A stretch of DNA of 64,000 nucleotides from NCBI GenBank assembly GCA_030390025.1, contig JASTWF010000337.1, positions 372,001 to 436,000 on the forward strand, given 5' to 3'. This DNA is from Squalus acanthias (taxonomy: Eukaryota). A model generated the notes under the pieces. It saw only the letters and a program-made list of their open reading frames with translations. It was not told the DNA's origin and searched no databases. Shown in pieces: positions 63,771 through 64,000 of the stretch. A program made the translations under genes and the position numbers. The first letter of the stretch is position 1; every line of letters starts with the position of its first letter.

Positions 63771-64000
63771 TCTACACACTTTCAATACAGTCACAATCCT
63801 GGACGCCAACCTCCTTTAATCCCACGGATGCCCAGCCCAAAACCTGTCCCCCCTGCCCAGAAAACCCCACTACCTCCTAGACCCTTGCCCCGCCCAGCAA
63901 ACCCCGTCCAGACCCTGCGCCCCTGCCCAGAAACCCCCCTCTCCATGAACCTTTCCCCGCCCAGAAAACCCCATCCAGAACCCGCCCCCCTGCCAGACCC

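Overview
This is repeat-dense vertebrate DNA, most likely from a cartilaginous fish, judged from its HE1-type V-SINEs, many CR1 and L2 LINE families and Penelope remnants. The only host gene I can support is SGSM3 (RUN/TBC/SH3 protein). It appears as seven small GT-AG exons on the minus strand, none of them called by the ORF track. The exons are out of order across a 649-N gap: three internal exons lie at 1.7-12.4 kb, and the four terminal exons plus 3' UTR lie at 47.4-54.4 kb, upstream of them. Between the two blocks is a ~23 kb array of a 19-bp satellite carrying three co-amplified copies of one truncated CR1. A young CR1 with an intact 978-aa EN+RT ORF2 and a 7-bp target-site duplication sits at 13.8-17.3 kb. 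The most interesting signal is that all three CR1 ORF1/ORF2 junctions in the window, from divergent families, end ORF1 with U_UUA_AAC_UAA. This is a correctly phased -1 ribosomal frameshift heptamer, and in the intact copy the -1 frame reads without a stop into ORF2. Most ORF-track entries are artefacts of repeats. Homology calls come from remembered sequences and motifs, not from database searches, and repeat boundaries are approximate unless a junction is quoted.
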